Both the position numbers and the translations under genes were made by a program. This document shows positions 24,201 through 36,886 of a DNA stretch of 64,000 nucleotides, piece by piece. Source of the DNA: Phoronis australis (Eukaryota; Animalia; Phoronida). Location: assembly GCA_002633005.1 (NCBI GenBank), contig NMRA01000220.1, positions 511,337 to 575,336 of the forward strand. Reading direction: 5' to 3'. Every line of letters begins with the position of its first letter. The first letter of the stretch is position 1. Under the pieces are notes generated by a model that was given only the letters and a program-made list of their open reading frames with translations, made no database searches and was not told where the DNA came from.

Positions 24201-27200
24201 GCATTTTGTCATTTTTCCACCCTAACCTATGCCACTACGGGGACGTACTGATTTTATCGGCTTTCGCCCAAAAAGCGAAATGCTGTTTTGGAATTGCTTT
24301 TTTTAAACGAAATAGTTAAATATTTCGTCAGTTGATGCAGGGCAGAAAATTGACCTGAGAATCTAGGACATAGCAAGATACAAAATAGCTGCATTTAATT
24401 GACAATTATATATTGCCTTTCAGACGGTTCAGAAACTTAACCAACTTAAGATCATCTTTAAATGGGCTCTAAATTACGAAAACAGATGCATACCATGTAC
24501 GCAGGCGACAATTTTGCCATTACTTTGTAGTGACAAAATGGGAAATTCATGTGAGAGCCCGTCTCTTAACACTTACTAGTTCAGTGTAGTCACTCGGGTA
24601 ATACCTTCCGTATGCGTATGGAGTAAGCCACATTTGCGAGTAGGCGTGAATTGTAAGGAACAGCTTCATGCTTTTGCTCTTGGCTTGCACGAAATTCTTG
24701 ATGTTTGTGGTGCACTTCTCGGAGAAAGCGTATATCCCAGGGTAGGTGTCGGAGCAGGGATTACTGCTAACGCCAGACTCTGAAGAAAATGACATATACT
24801 GTGCTCATTTGAATTTAATATGTCGGACCTTTTTGACGTCACCTTCACTAAAACATATACTTCCGTTACATTATACAGTTATTTTCACTGAACGTACATT
24901 CCCTCGATCCTTGGTAGCCTTGGAAAAGTAAGAAAAAAACTTGCTGCACGTTTACTATTTTCCGATTTCTTCTTCGATTAATTACAGGATTTACTGAAAT
25001 GCTGGCGGTAATTTTCGGGCAGTGGATAATTACATATACCACGTAAAGAAATCTTCCTTCATGCAGTGATGTTTATTTCTAATCATGCATTTCTGTGCAT
25101 TTACAGTATACGATTTAAAAACTTGAACAAGGCTTTAATTTAATTGATAAGAGTCTTCAGAAACCTTATAGTGAGCACAATGAATTAAATCGGAGATCTG
25201 GTTACAAAATAGACTATTTTAATGCCACAAAATGCTGCCGAATGACCTTGCTGCCAAAATTACTAGCAATGCCTACACGTGATGGTGATTTTTAAATTGT
25301 GACCCCAATAAACTTGGAATCGTGTTCTTGTGTCACTGATGGTTTTGTTGATTTTGTTCGATAACAGAAGTCAAGTCCTGTCACGGTAAGTTCTATTACG
25401 AGACCGATTTCATGGGCTTTAGTGGCTTAATTTATCTTACGTTTTTTGGCAACCAAGTAACGAGAAAATACAGTTTTAAGCGAAAGGCAAAGTAAGAAAA
25501 TAAAATTTTAAGTAGTGCATCGGAGAAAGTTTCACAGTTGCACTTAAAGACAGACTTGCCTCCGAAATGGAAATCAAAGTTTCTGTTGGGATCGGCGCCT
25601 CTACAGCTACTCCATCTACTGGTTCTCGAACGAGTCTTCCTCCACATTCGGTTCTAAGATATAATTAATGGTACGAACTGTAACAACACAGCATGCAATC
25701 ATACTTTATGCTCATACTCATTCTTTTTAGCTGAGTACATCGGCCTTAATCACAACTGCGTTTCTCAACTCGAAGCTTTACATGTACGTCTTTCTCAGCA
25801 CCGTTAGTACGGCACAACAGTGATTGTTTGCAAGCCTTTGAAAAACGAGAATGACTGTCTGTTAAATTTATTGACGTTTACGGTAAAAAAATGTATAAAG
25901 TATGTGTTGGCTTCATTATGTACTTACCGATGTGTGAGTGTACTCATAACCGTCAGGATTGGCTGAAGGCAGGAGATACCAATCGTAGGTGTCAACCAAG
26001 GTCTTGATTTCTTGATTAGTTGAGTAGTCGTTAAGGAGGCGTTCGATCATATAGACTACAGTGCTCACAGTGAGCCATTCCCTGGCGTGGATGCCGGCGT
26101 CGATCCAAAGAGATGGCTTGGTACTGAACCTGCTGCCAGGTTTGCCGATCTGTTGAAACATAGAATAAGTTTGTCGCAGCAAAATGTCGCTGCTCTGTGC
26201 CGCTACTGCGCTGAGATTTCAACTGATGAATTGCAGAAAATCTAGAATTGGTATCTTGCACGATCTAATACGTGAGCAGGTATTCTTGCAGGCGAGCTTC
26301 TTTGCGTCCCCCACATTATTTTCTGGGGTGATGACGCTTTATCAACGACGTATGTATTTTTTTGTTTAAAAGCAGCGATATGCCCAATTGACATTATTTG
26401 TTTTTCTTTCTCATTCTTGCATGATTCATCTTAATTTATGTTCAGGGCTTCCACTGTGTAATGTTCAGAGTGTCCATTCAACGCAAACGTGCATGTAAGG
26501 GCATCCTTCGATACATCTTTGCGTAGGTATCACTTTAGGCGTATTTGTCTTATACCAAGATCTTACCTTGATGACCTTCATGGTTCGTCCTTCGTAAGTA
26601 GTTCCAATGTCAATGAGCTCCGAAATCTGTGGGTTATTAGCTACTTGTTGAGCCAGCCAGTCGTTCAGCTGAAAGATGGAGCGAAGTGTTACAATGCTGA
26701 TATCGATCAAAATGGTGCTGGAACATGGTCATCGCATACAACTACATAAAGTGTCATTGAAATCCATTAATCGGTTCTTAACATACCATTCAGAAACACT
26801 ATTCCCCATACAAAACTTAAAAAGCTTCTTGTCATGATGTTGCACTGGTCAAATCCACCCCGAAAACTAAGTGTCCGGCGCATTGTCATCACATATGTCT
26901 GTGCCAAATTTCTTTGACATAATTCAATCGATTTTGTATATTATCCACAATTTCTCTTCTCCAGACTATACAGGAAAACCCCTTGAGAACAAAATGGCCA
27001 CTAGGAGGTGCTGTGGTAGTCGAATCCACAAATATTTTTAAGTGGCGGCGCATTGACATCACTTAACTGTGCGTCAAGTTTCATTAAAATTCATCTATCG
27101 GTTCAAAATATATCATCAGGAAATGCTGTCCCAAAAATAGCGACTGGGAGATGCTGCAGGGGTCGAATCCATCCGAAAATCAACCTGTGCAGGCGCATTA

Positions 27201-30200
27201 ACATCGTTTATCTCTGGGCCACGTTCTGTCGAGTCTGTCTGTCGGTTCTCTCGACATTACCCAGAAACGCTCTTCCCCAAACGACACTTGACACATGTCG
27301 GAAACTAAAACCAGTCGGTTCTCTACATATCTTCCGGAAACACTAGCACAGAAAACGGCCACTAGCAGGCACTGCAGTTGTTGAATAAAGTGGAAAATCA
27401 AACGGTGCGGGCTCAATCTCATAATGTACCTTTGTGTCCAGTGAAAATCGTAGATCGGTTGCCGAAATATTTCATCCAGAAACGCTCTTCCCCAAAAACA
27501 CTTGAAAAGCACCTAGTCTAGAAAAAATGGCCACTAGGAGGTCTAAAGTGGTCAAATCCGCCTGCAAATTCAATTATGTCCATGCATTGACTACACACAC
27601 CGCTGTATCAAGTTTCATTAAAACCTGTTGGCTTGATATCCGGAAACGCTCTTCATCAAATATACAGAAAAGACACGACCTCCTGGCCCCTGGGAGTGGA
27701 GCAGACTGAAAAGCAGCGTGAACCGTTCCAGTGTTGCCGTACATCAGTGTGCCAGATATCACCAAAACATGCCAGTCGTTCAACATTTGTTTTTAAGTCT
27801 GCTAAATAGGACGAAACGCAGGTTTAGCACCGCACTTATTTACTGCAGCGAGAAATGCAAGTACTTACGTCGTCGAATCTAGGGAAAGTGTTCACAATAG
27901 TCTTTGCAGCACGTGCACGAAGGCGCGCGTTTTCGTTTCCTCGCTTTTCTTCATCTATGGCTTTCTGGATGTTACTAAATGACATGAGAACTTTAAATGA
28001 AATCAGAAAACCACAATGATCTTACAATGTAAAACAGTAAAACTCTCAATCAGCATTGACATAAGGAATACGCAAACGTTTTTATGTAGCATTTACTGAG
28101 CAAACAAATCCTTGATCATCTCGGTTAGCCTCACTTACAACTCTATTGATCAATGGCAACAATAGAAAATTGATGTACAACGCCCAGAAAAATGCGTGCA
28201 TCTTGTTTTTACATTCACTTCCGTTGAGCAAACAGAATGCCATACTCGATTACAGTCTCGGTCGGTCATTATGTTTACTCATTAAAATGACTGCAGACAT
28301 TAGAGGAGCACCTTTTGCTGGAACTTCTACTTGTAAATCATATTTTTCTTCAACAAAACAGTAAAGTAGACATATTTTAATTAGTTTTGCTCTATGGAAT
28401 AATTTAAAATTGACAGATTTTTGTAGAGTTATTGCTTTAATATCAATTTTATGTCTCGCACCTGTTTTTCAAATTAACTGGCATTCCCAGTGTCTCAAGA
28501 TACTTGCTGACTCTTTTGTAGAGAGGGGGCGAGAGCAGGATTGACGTGACACTGTTTCGCCGAATTGCACCCCATACGTCAACCTGGAGGCAGTAATCGA
28601 AGGTTTCTTGACGGTGATAACGATGACACGATGATGATTAAAATTGCTATGATGATAACTAAAATTGATTGTGAGATTAATAACTACAGCAAACATCCCT
28701 AGATAAAGAAGACATGATTCATACTCGTCGAACTTAAAATGAAAACCCGGAACAAAGCAGTGGCGGATCTAGGATATCATAAGGGGGAGGGCAAATTTTG
28801 TCTGTAAACATTTGCTCAAAGCACGATTGTAGATGCGCATAACACCGAATGGGGGAGGAAATTTGTCTTTTTTCCTCTAAAATCAAGCATTTTCCTTGAT
28901 TCTCGAAGTATTATCCAAGAAAAAAAGGCAAAATAAAAAAAAACACGGAGAAAGTGCCAAACAGGAAAAAAATCGAGTACCACAGACTCGAACTCACGAC
29001 CTGATGGTTAGAGCGCTCGTGCTTTAACATTGCACTATCACGATTTCACTCCTAACTCGATACTAAGAGACGTAATTGTTTATGGTCCACAGCGTTTGCG
29101 CGCGAAACCTTTTTGTAATTCTTATTACATGTTTTATAGTTTTTGCAATCAGATTTTTTGTATTTAAACTAATCTTAAATTGCCCAAAAGACCAAATCTG
29201 TTTTTTGTCTTGGCAATAATGACTCAATTGCTTTAGAAATCGTCTTAAGTTAAGGTTTGACAAAGAGAGAATTATGAGTTTCTGAGAGATTCACTAAGGC
29301 TTCGATTAAAATTGACATCTTACCAGCAGCTTCTGTTTTTCATCATTAGTCAGATTACATTTTCTTTAAAAAATGAAGTAATTTACTTCATTGCACAGTG
29401 GAGCAGACGACGGAAACGGAGTCGTAGTGCCTAAGCGCCAGTGCCGGTCTCCTGTGATATCGCGGGAGAGCTAGCTCTCCCGCGATATCCCAGCCATAGT
29501 TCCGTTACGATTGCGCCGTGTTCCCAATTTTACACGTGAAATTCGAGCTGAGCCCCCCCCCCCAACACTAAAACTGCACACATTTAAATCTTGTTTCAGT
29601 TGTATAATTTTAATTACCGGGTTTAATTAATAAACTCGACATTTCCCTACGCTCTTGCTGTTTTATTTTTTGCGGCAGATAAGTGGGGGAGGGAGCCGCC
29701 CCCCCTAAATCCACCTTTGCAAAGCCATACAAAATATCGAAAGGAGCTTTCAAAATTAAAGGTATACTCTCAGACTTTTCTAAAAATTGTCTTCATGTTA
29801 ACTAACAAAACTCGGAGCAGTTTCAAGCGTTCATTCTCTCACTCATTAATGATGTTGCCTCCTCTGCAGAAAACTATAGGACTAACTGCTGATGTCATGA
29901 GAAGATAACGAATCAGATATATCCTACAATTTGCAAAACAAATCTATGTATGTGACCAACAAATGGTCTACCAGATATGCATGAACGTCGTTTGCGTCGC
30001 TTCATGATTTGGAAGCATCCGCTTTTTGTTCCGCTCTATTCAATTGGTAAAAAATGGAACTGGGCATGGACATTTAATCTCTAAAACTTTATCTCATAAC
30101 GTCCCTTGCCGTGACAGAGATCCATTTTCACAGCCAAACTCAAGTAACAAGCAATGCGTTCAAGAGTACCAATCTCGAACTCCCAATTTCAAGCTTGGCC

Positions 30201-33200
30201 AATCCCAATGAACTCTGAAGCGTTTTTTCTGAGTCGCTGCTGATTTTAATGTTTTTTTTCGTTGTAACGGAACTAACATTCTATCACAGTAAGGATAGTT
30301 AGTCCGATTTCATGACAGTAAAGGACCTAATTCTCTGAATTTCGTTTTTGAGCCAGCTAACAGGGAAACATTCAGTTTTTGACTTTGGGCATGTATTTTT
30401 AAAGCCTGTATACTCAAGGAATTATCCCGTAGCGTGGATCCAACTAAATCATAAGTGTGCTGGCTAGTTGGAATGATCTAATCGGCGAAATTACATTAGG
30501 AACCTACAGTGGACGGTCAAAATTCCTGCACGCAAAAATATTTTGTAAGGTAAATGCATTTCACCAATTTTCTAAAAGCATTATCCATTAACATCCCAGA
30601 CATACTGGCCATGTTTATTAAGTACCCATACAGAAAGAGCAAAATGGAATATTAAAGTCGCTCGTGATACTGAGCCCAGTTTTTCTATCCATTAATTTTT
30701 AAAGGTTTCATTACGACCTTGCTGTTTCTGCACTGTAGAATGATCCAAGGCATGATTAAGCTACTCTTATATTCTCCAGTACCATCTCTTCACGCTAGAA
30801 GTGAGGACGGGAGAGGTACGCGACTCTTTCAGCAAGTCGTGCGTACATTGTCGAAAACTGCAGCTAACTAAACACCGTTCGTGTGTAATTTCTATACAAA
30901 CCTGTTTGAAAGAACATTACGTAGGGTTATGCGATACTCACTCCATCGAGTTCCTGCAACTTCAACAGTTCCTTCACTTGTTTCTCAGTTGTTGGCGTGA
31001 CGTCAATAACCTTGTACCTTAAACAGAATGATTACGCACATTACAGTATGTCCCTTCAATGACACTGTAAAGTCACACCGCAGCCTCGGTCAACTTGCGC
31101 TCAATGAGAAATTAAATTCAGGGCATGTCAGCTTTGGAAACAGTTTTGGTGGTTGCGTTGGATGTAGGTTTGTTGAATATGGTTCGTTCGGTTTGTGAAC
31201 ATGTTCGGTGAGAATCATGAGGAAGTCTCTTTATTTAGCCGTAAAGGCCTACTTTTCTTCTGTTAAAGTACTTACTCTTTAACGAATTACGAATCTACTA
31301 TGGTTTCAGGTTGCCCTCAAGCAGTTCTAGATTGGAAAATCCGAGTTGGTTGAAGTCTTTTTGGTCACAGTTTTTCAGCTTGAGGGGAGTTTGACTTTAG
31401 AATCTATTGGATGATGATGATCGTAGGCAGGGAAGTGATGTTTTGTTGACTGATAAACTACCGAATTGCTTATTGGATATACATTTAGGAGCCAGGCAGT
31501 CTTTTAACAAAAGGTACAAGTATTAAAATTAATATGCAGCAAAATATTTTTGTGGTCACAAGTCATGTTTTTATGCGAAGTGTTCCACACCTGTTCATTC
31601 TATTCATGAAGGTTTTGACAGAGTGAAAGATATGAGATTTGCGACGTGTGGATTCCCAGCAGCCATTGAAAAGTCACCGAAAAAAGTACCGTTTTCCTCC
31701 ATTAAGTTTTCTGAAGGAGCGTCCTGAATTATTCGGAACACTTCGGGTATTTCCGCACACTGTAGTATCGAATTGCTACAGTACCACAACAGCGCCAACT
31801 TTCGCCATAAAAAGGCATATATAAAAGTTATAATAGCTGAAGTGGGAAGGAAATTGTTAGCATCGGAATCTATTATAGAGTTACGTGAATGTGCATTTGG
31901 GACTCAAGTTTACGACACAAGAAAAGGAATGACGTTCAGTGAGCGTTCAATTAAAGGTGTAAATCTTGGCATTTATATTCCAAATAGACTCCGTGAGTCA
32001 CAGAGCAACTCTAACGTGTATAGCCGTGTAGGAAAATCTTTATACTCGACGATGAATCTCAGCTCCATGTTTCTGAGATGAAACAGAACTTGTAATAACA
32101 GAAGGGAGGATGCTGTGGCGGTCGCTCGCAAAGAACGAGACTCAAATTCGGATGTAATGGGGTCCAACAAGAGAACGTTCTCTCATTACTTCCTGCCAAA
32201 AATTCAATTCAGGCATGCTTAAATGAGTGATTACACCTCATTACATGCTCGGATGGAAATATGGAGTTTTGTTGGAAAATTACTCGACTAAATTGTTAAT
32301 TACTGAAGTTTCTAACTTCGACGGAAATGGGAAAAGTCCACTATTTCGAAGGTTTACTACTCCTAAAGTTCACTATTCCGAAGACTCTCTACTCCGAAGG
32401 TTTATTGCTCCAAAAATATCTAAACTTTCCGACCCAGGTGTAATTTTATACTTTTACACGCAAAAACGATACTTCGGTTATTAGATGCAATTATATCGAA
32501 AACAACGCCGAGGCACTAAACCATTTTGTCTGGATTTCATGTAAATCGTGACCACCTTCTAGCTGGACAGTACAACTAGAGTCGGTAGTCACTGTCTAGA
32601 TTCATTTTCAATGTGCATGTAAAATTGCCCGCGTGTCTAAACATGGAAAAATGAGTACGCATTTGCATTTTTAAAAGAATATGAAGCAGGAATATTGATG
32701 AATTATCATCCACGATACAGTCATCGAATCCATAACAGAATCCCATCGCAGCACATTCCCTATACTCTTTGTTGTTGCCACCACGTGCGTTCAATGCTGA
32801 TCAAGCCTCCTTTTATAGTTTGATCGAGCTACCCTCATCTACACAAAAACCACTCGGGCGAAACGGCCTGGTACGGCCCAATGCCACAAGAAGCGCTTTG
32901 AGTCTGAAGCAATTTCAAAATTGTTACTAACTAAGTTATCATTACAAAAAATTTACTCCTATATTAAAGACTGCAATGGAGAATAAAACGTATCCAATCG
33001 ACCATTCTAATTTACTAATACATAAAAAGATATCCCCTGCAGATTCTTACGATCTAGAAAAAAATCTAACAGCAGAAGAATTGTATGAATCTCGGTTAGA
33101 GACAAAACTTAACAAGACACCTGGTAGTGATGGCATCAGCTATGGATTTTATAAAAAATTTTGGAAGGTAATTAAAGAAGATTTATTTGCGAGCGTCACA

Positions 33201-34997
33201 TACAGCTTTGGAAACGGTCACATGACTAATTCTCAAAAGCAAGGCGTAATCACGTTTATCCCAAAAAATAAACTGTCCGAGGAATTACTATCTTTAGACA
33301 ATTGTAGACCTATCTCTCTTTTGAACTGTGACTATAAATTGGTAACTAAAACAATCGCAAACAAAATATACAAATATGTTAACAATTTAATTCATCCAGA
33401 TCAAACTTCCCTGCCAAAACGTTATATACTGTAGGCCAGAATATACGTGTAATTGACGATATGATTGAATTTTATAAAGAAAAGCACACTCCCCGTCACA
33501 TTGTATTCCTCGATTTCAAGAAAGCGTACGATACTGTAAGGTGGGAGTTTTTATTTCAGTCCTTGAAAACTTTTAATTTTGGTGAAGTTTTTATCAATAG
33601 AATCCGTACATTGTATTCTGGAATTTCGTCATGTGTGTTGAACAACGGATTTACATCTGTATTTTAACATAGAGAAAGGCCTCCGACAAGAAGACCCACT
33701 ATCAAGTCCGCTGTTCGTCCTGGGTGCAGAAGTTATTTCACATCATATCAGAAGCAATGAATTAATTAGAGGCTTCACAATAGCCAATCACGAAAAAAAA
33801 TTGCACAGTATGCAGACGATACAGTTCTTTTCTTTAAAGACGTAGAATCTGGCAATAACTGTTTTAGATTTTTAGATTATTTTGGAACATTATCTGGACT
33901 CCATTTGAATTATGAAAAATGCCAAGGGATGTTTGCCTCAACAATGCACCGAAATCGTAATCCACTTTACGGAATCAGGTGGCCCCAAAAGCCCATTAAA
34001 AGTCTAGGAATATTCTTTGGAGGAAAAGAGGAAGACGCTGAAAAACTCAATTTTGACAAAAAAAATCCAAAAACTTAAAGACCCGTTTAATATTTGGAAA
34101 ACACGAAATATGTCCATAAAAGGCAGAACCTTCCTTACGAAAACTTATGGTTTATCGAAACTCTCATGTAGTGTCAACTGTGGGTATCTCCACACAAGTA
34201 TTCGCGAAGTTAACAAACTTATCAGAGAATTTATTTGGTTAAATAAACCACCAAAAGTTAAAGAAACTGTGACTGTTTCATATCAAGAGGGTGGTTTGAA
34301 ATATCCTAACATGGAACTGATCAAGTTAAATTTACTATTATTTTTCAGATACAGGTGTACTTATTTGCTCTATGATGTATTATACTCTATTAAGTTTTAA
34401 AGATATGTAGTTGGGGCCACCAACCCCAGCCGTATCTACTATTCATTAATGATATGCTTTCTGTGTAAGGAAACGTATTGAAAAAGAAAAAAAAGTTATC
34501 ATTGCTGTTAGTAGTATCAGTAGCTGCAACAATTTTGTCGTTGTTGTTCATCTAAATCCTTATATGAAATATCTTGAACGGATATGCTGGGGCTGGACCT
34601 TTTACGCGGGGTGGGGTACGATCGAACCCCCGAACCCCCTGGCTACGGGCCTGTAAAGAACTACCTTAATACGTAGACTTCACCTGTGAGGCGGAATGAA
34701 GATTAGCTCAATGATGTGTGATCAAAACCTTCGCTTAAAAGTTATCGGTTTTTCCTTGAACTGATCAGGAACAGGTTCTGTGTCATAAAAATTAGGATGG
34801 CTACCTGTTTATTCATGACGCCAGTTGCTAAAAAACACTAGCCCCAACATGAAGTGATTTTGGGTTTTCTCCACAAACTTCCAAAAAACGATTTGTGGAA
34901 CGATGGCACCACTGTTTAACAGCACTTACCCGGTAAAATCCTTCGGTTTCTCAGCACACACTAATACCAGCACTGCGCACCATGCAAGTACCTTCAT
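21245..34997 (-). CDS. M14A zinc metallocarboxypeptidase preproenzyme (CPA/CPB-like), copy B, 10 exons, 421 aa
   Basis: Exons in transcript order: 34930-34997, 30942-31017, 28462-28583, 27869-27974, 26567-26668, 25928-26149, 25560-25653, 24577-24779, 22934-23018, 21245-21432. Exon lengths and phases are identical to copy A. Motifs: DAGIHAREW, MWRKTRS, DPNRNF, TIHAYSQ, ILYAAAGGSYDW, FELYP. Intron 7 has a GC donor; the intron 1 acceptor is AAG. Confidence 0.93.
21803..22692. repeat. Tandem minisatellite, 80-bp unit (86 bp in a few units), about 11 copies, in the last intron of copy B
   Basis: The unit TATCTGGTGCAAGATACATGTAGGATTAGATAGTTATTCACGTAAGACTTGATGTACTTGAACACAGAATAGTAGACACT recurs at 22201, 22281, 22361, 22441 and 22521 with no unique spacers. 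Confidence 0.95.
26740..27712 (+). mobile_element. Non-autonomous repeat with internal subrepeats (Helentron-associated/HINE-like) in intron 4 of copy B
   Basis: Repeated AAAATGGCCACTAGGAGG...AATCC and (T)CAAGTTTCATTAAAA modules (e.g. 26991, 27352, 27523), with a GC-rich 3' end at ~27675-27712. The block is not seen in the paralogous intron of copy A. Boundaries are approximate. Confidence 0.5.
28758..29719. mobile_element. hAT-like MITE with a 5-bp TSD (hAT5-like) in intron 2 of copy B
   Basis: Termini CAGTGGCGGATCTAGG and CCTAAATCCACCTTTG with G/C-rich subterminal tracts. CAAAG is duplicated at 28753-28757 and 29720-29724. Copy A shows the empty site GGAACAAAACCATGC (13559-13573). Confidence 0.75.
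28975..29040 (-). repeat. tRNA-derived (SINE-head-like) remnant inside the hAT-like MITE
   Basis: Minus strand TGATAGTGCAATGTTAAAGCACGAGCGCTCTAACCATCAGGTCGTGAGTTCGAGTC has A-box-like and B-box (GAGTTCGAGTC) spacing. No complete cloverleaf forms. Confidence 0.45.
32340..32415. repeat. Short degenerate ~16-bp tandem repeat
   Basis: About five copies of (C)TA(C/T)TCCGAAGGTT(T/C)A-like units. Confidence 0.5.
32944..34492 (+). mobile_element. 5'-truncated, decayed L1/Tx1-clade LINE (reverse transcriptase) in intron 1 of copy B, antisense to the host gene
   Basis: RT motifs KTPGSDG, RPISLLNCDYKLVTKTIAN, LDFKKAYDTV, GLRQEDPLS, QYADD and EGGL, interrupted by stops and frameshifts. A-rich tail at 34481-34492. 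An 11-bp TSD AAGTTATCATT lies at 32933-32943 and 34493-34503. Confidence 0.9.
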
Positions 34998-35045
34998 TTC
35001 GGCTGGTGAGGGTAGCTGAGGAAGGTGGGGCTGTTCCCGTGGCTG

Positions 35046-35074
35046 TTCTTATAAGCCGCCCAAAATCTTTATCT
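35046..35074 (-). promoter_or_regulatory. Core promoter of carboxypeptidase B copy: TATA box and GATA site
   Basis: TATAAGAA (minus) at 35046-35053 and AGATAAA (minus) at 35068-35074. Paralogous to 19033-19060. Confidence 0.6.
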
Positions 35075-36886
35075 GCGGCGAGAACAGCCAGCCTTTGGGT
35101 GGGGACATCTGCGACTAAATATGAAATCTTCCCTTTAGGTCGTCACGTTCTAATAGACTATGAATGAGCTTGAATAATGGGTGCGTGTGAGGGAACAATT
35201 GCAGCACAATTATCGTGTTGTTGCTTTACGCAGTCTTGTACAGGTAATTGTAAAAGAACTATGACTAATATTAGTACTGTCAACTTATTTGTTTTTGAAA
35301 GTCATTACAAGAAACTGTACGCCGGCAATGCAAGGACGTTACTCACGTGAATCAATTGTATTTTCTGTAAAACGATCAAGGTTTTATGTTGCCGCTTCTT
35401 CGCCTTTTAAGTCAAGTAAACTATTTGTGTAGCGAAATTTCTAATGCGTAAGGATGAATTTTCTGGAATTTCAAACAGTTGATTAAATAGTTCGAAATTC
35501 TAACTGTTTAATGTAAGTAAATACATGTACATGTACACTTAAGTCTTACCTGCTGCAGGCTTGAATTATATTTGGATGTTTTGAAGAAAAAAATGGATAA
35601 CAAAATATTGATAACGAATATCACCAGTAAACGTAAACGTGTATCTTATGAAAAGACAGGTCAATTGTCAGGTTTCTTGTTAATCTGGTGACCTCCACGA
35701 CGCGACGACGATAACTGTGAACATGACAGCTGCAAATCCTCACAGCCGCACCGTCAACAGGAATGTCAGTTCATGAAGTTCGTTTATGCAATGAAACCAG
35801 GAATTTTATGACTGAGACAACAAAGTTCATTGCACCACCAATTCAAATAGACTTTACATCTAAGGTTTCTGACCAAGAGTTTATTGCTGAATAAAAATGG
35901 CAACATTTCAGAGGTTCCAAGATATCCCTTGAGTGAAAGTTGTCGAGAAAATTTTAAAGCGGTTTTCGGGGTTTTGACGCAATCTTTTACACGACTTGAA
36001 ATACAGTTTTTCTAATTTAATGGAGCGCGAGTGTGCATAGAAACGATAATCATGAATTTTTGCTTGTCGTTTTTCCATGCTTATTTGAAAAGAGAGCTTT
36101 CGTATTTGTTGCTTATATTGAAAAGTGTTTGTTTATGATTGGCTTGCNCTAGCGCGTTTCTTAATTTTTTTCCCCATAATAGTTCAAAACCCCAATTCAT
36201 ACGAGTACAGGCTGATTTGTACTTTCTGGAAGTACACTGACATGTTTGGCGAAAAATGTGATTTTCTGAGATTAGTCGTATCGCGCAGTAAAATCTGCCG
36301 CCTCAACGGTCGCACTTCAACTCTCTAAACCGCACTTGTGTGTTAAGCTTAGACAGGATCCAAGAAAAATGTTCAAATTTGGCTAACTTGGGAAAATCAT
36401 ACCTCAGAAATAGAACTTTCAGCTACTATTCTTTCTGATCTGTTCTCCAAAAGGCTGTTAGGAATTGTTTTAAAATGCAATGTACTTTTACATGAGGGCT
36501 ATCAAATAACAAGACTTTTACGGTCTTTAGGAAAAAAAATAAAAGTTCCAAAACACAAAAGCGAAAGGACGATTTCGAAAACTGCAACAGTAATTTTGAG
36601 ATTTGATCTTTAACACATATATCAACCAACTTCTTGAATTGGTGACCAGTTTTGACAGGTTTAAGAAACCGTTGTATTTCTTAATAATATTAAAAAATAG
36701 TATTTTAACCATCTTTTCAAGTCATACCTTTCGGATGCTCATGCATGAGAGCGATATCCTATTATAAGTGAAAAGAGAGGTTGATTAATCTCTCAGTCAT
36801 ACACACACGTAATCTACTAGTACAAAATCGCTCGTAGCTCAAACTAATCGCTCATGCATTTATTGCGCCATAAACAAAATAATTAA

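Noticed and set aside
8577-24779. Exon 8 of A and B are exactly 16,000 bp apart
   Set aside because: Other exon pairs have different offsets (e.g. 15,107; 15,995; 15,582), so this is coincidence.
28975-29040. Possible tRNA gene
   Set aside because: The acceptor and anticodon stems do not form, so it is kept only as a tRNA-derived repeat remnant. The same applies to B-box-like strings near 54490.
6138-34997. Copies A and B as uncollapsed haplotypes of one gene
   Set aside because: The introns are strongly diverged with many copy-specific insertions, exon 8 differs by roughly 14%, and B lacks an intact neighbouring DUSP. True paralogy is more likely, though read depth would settle it.
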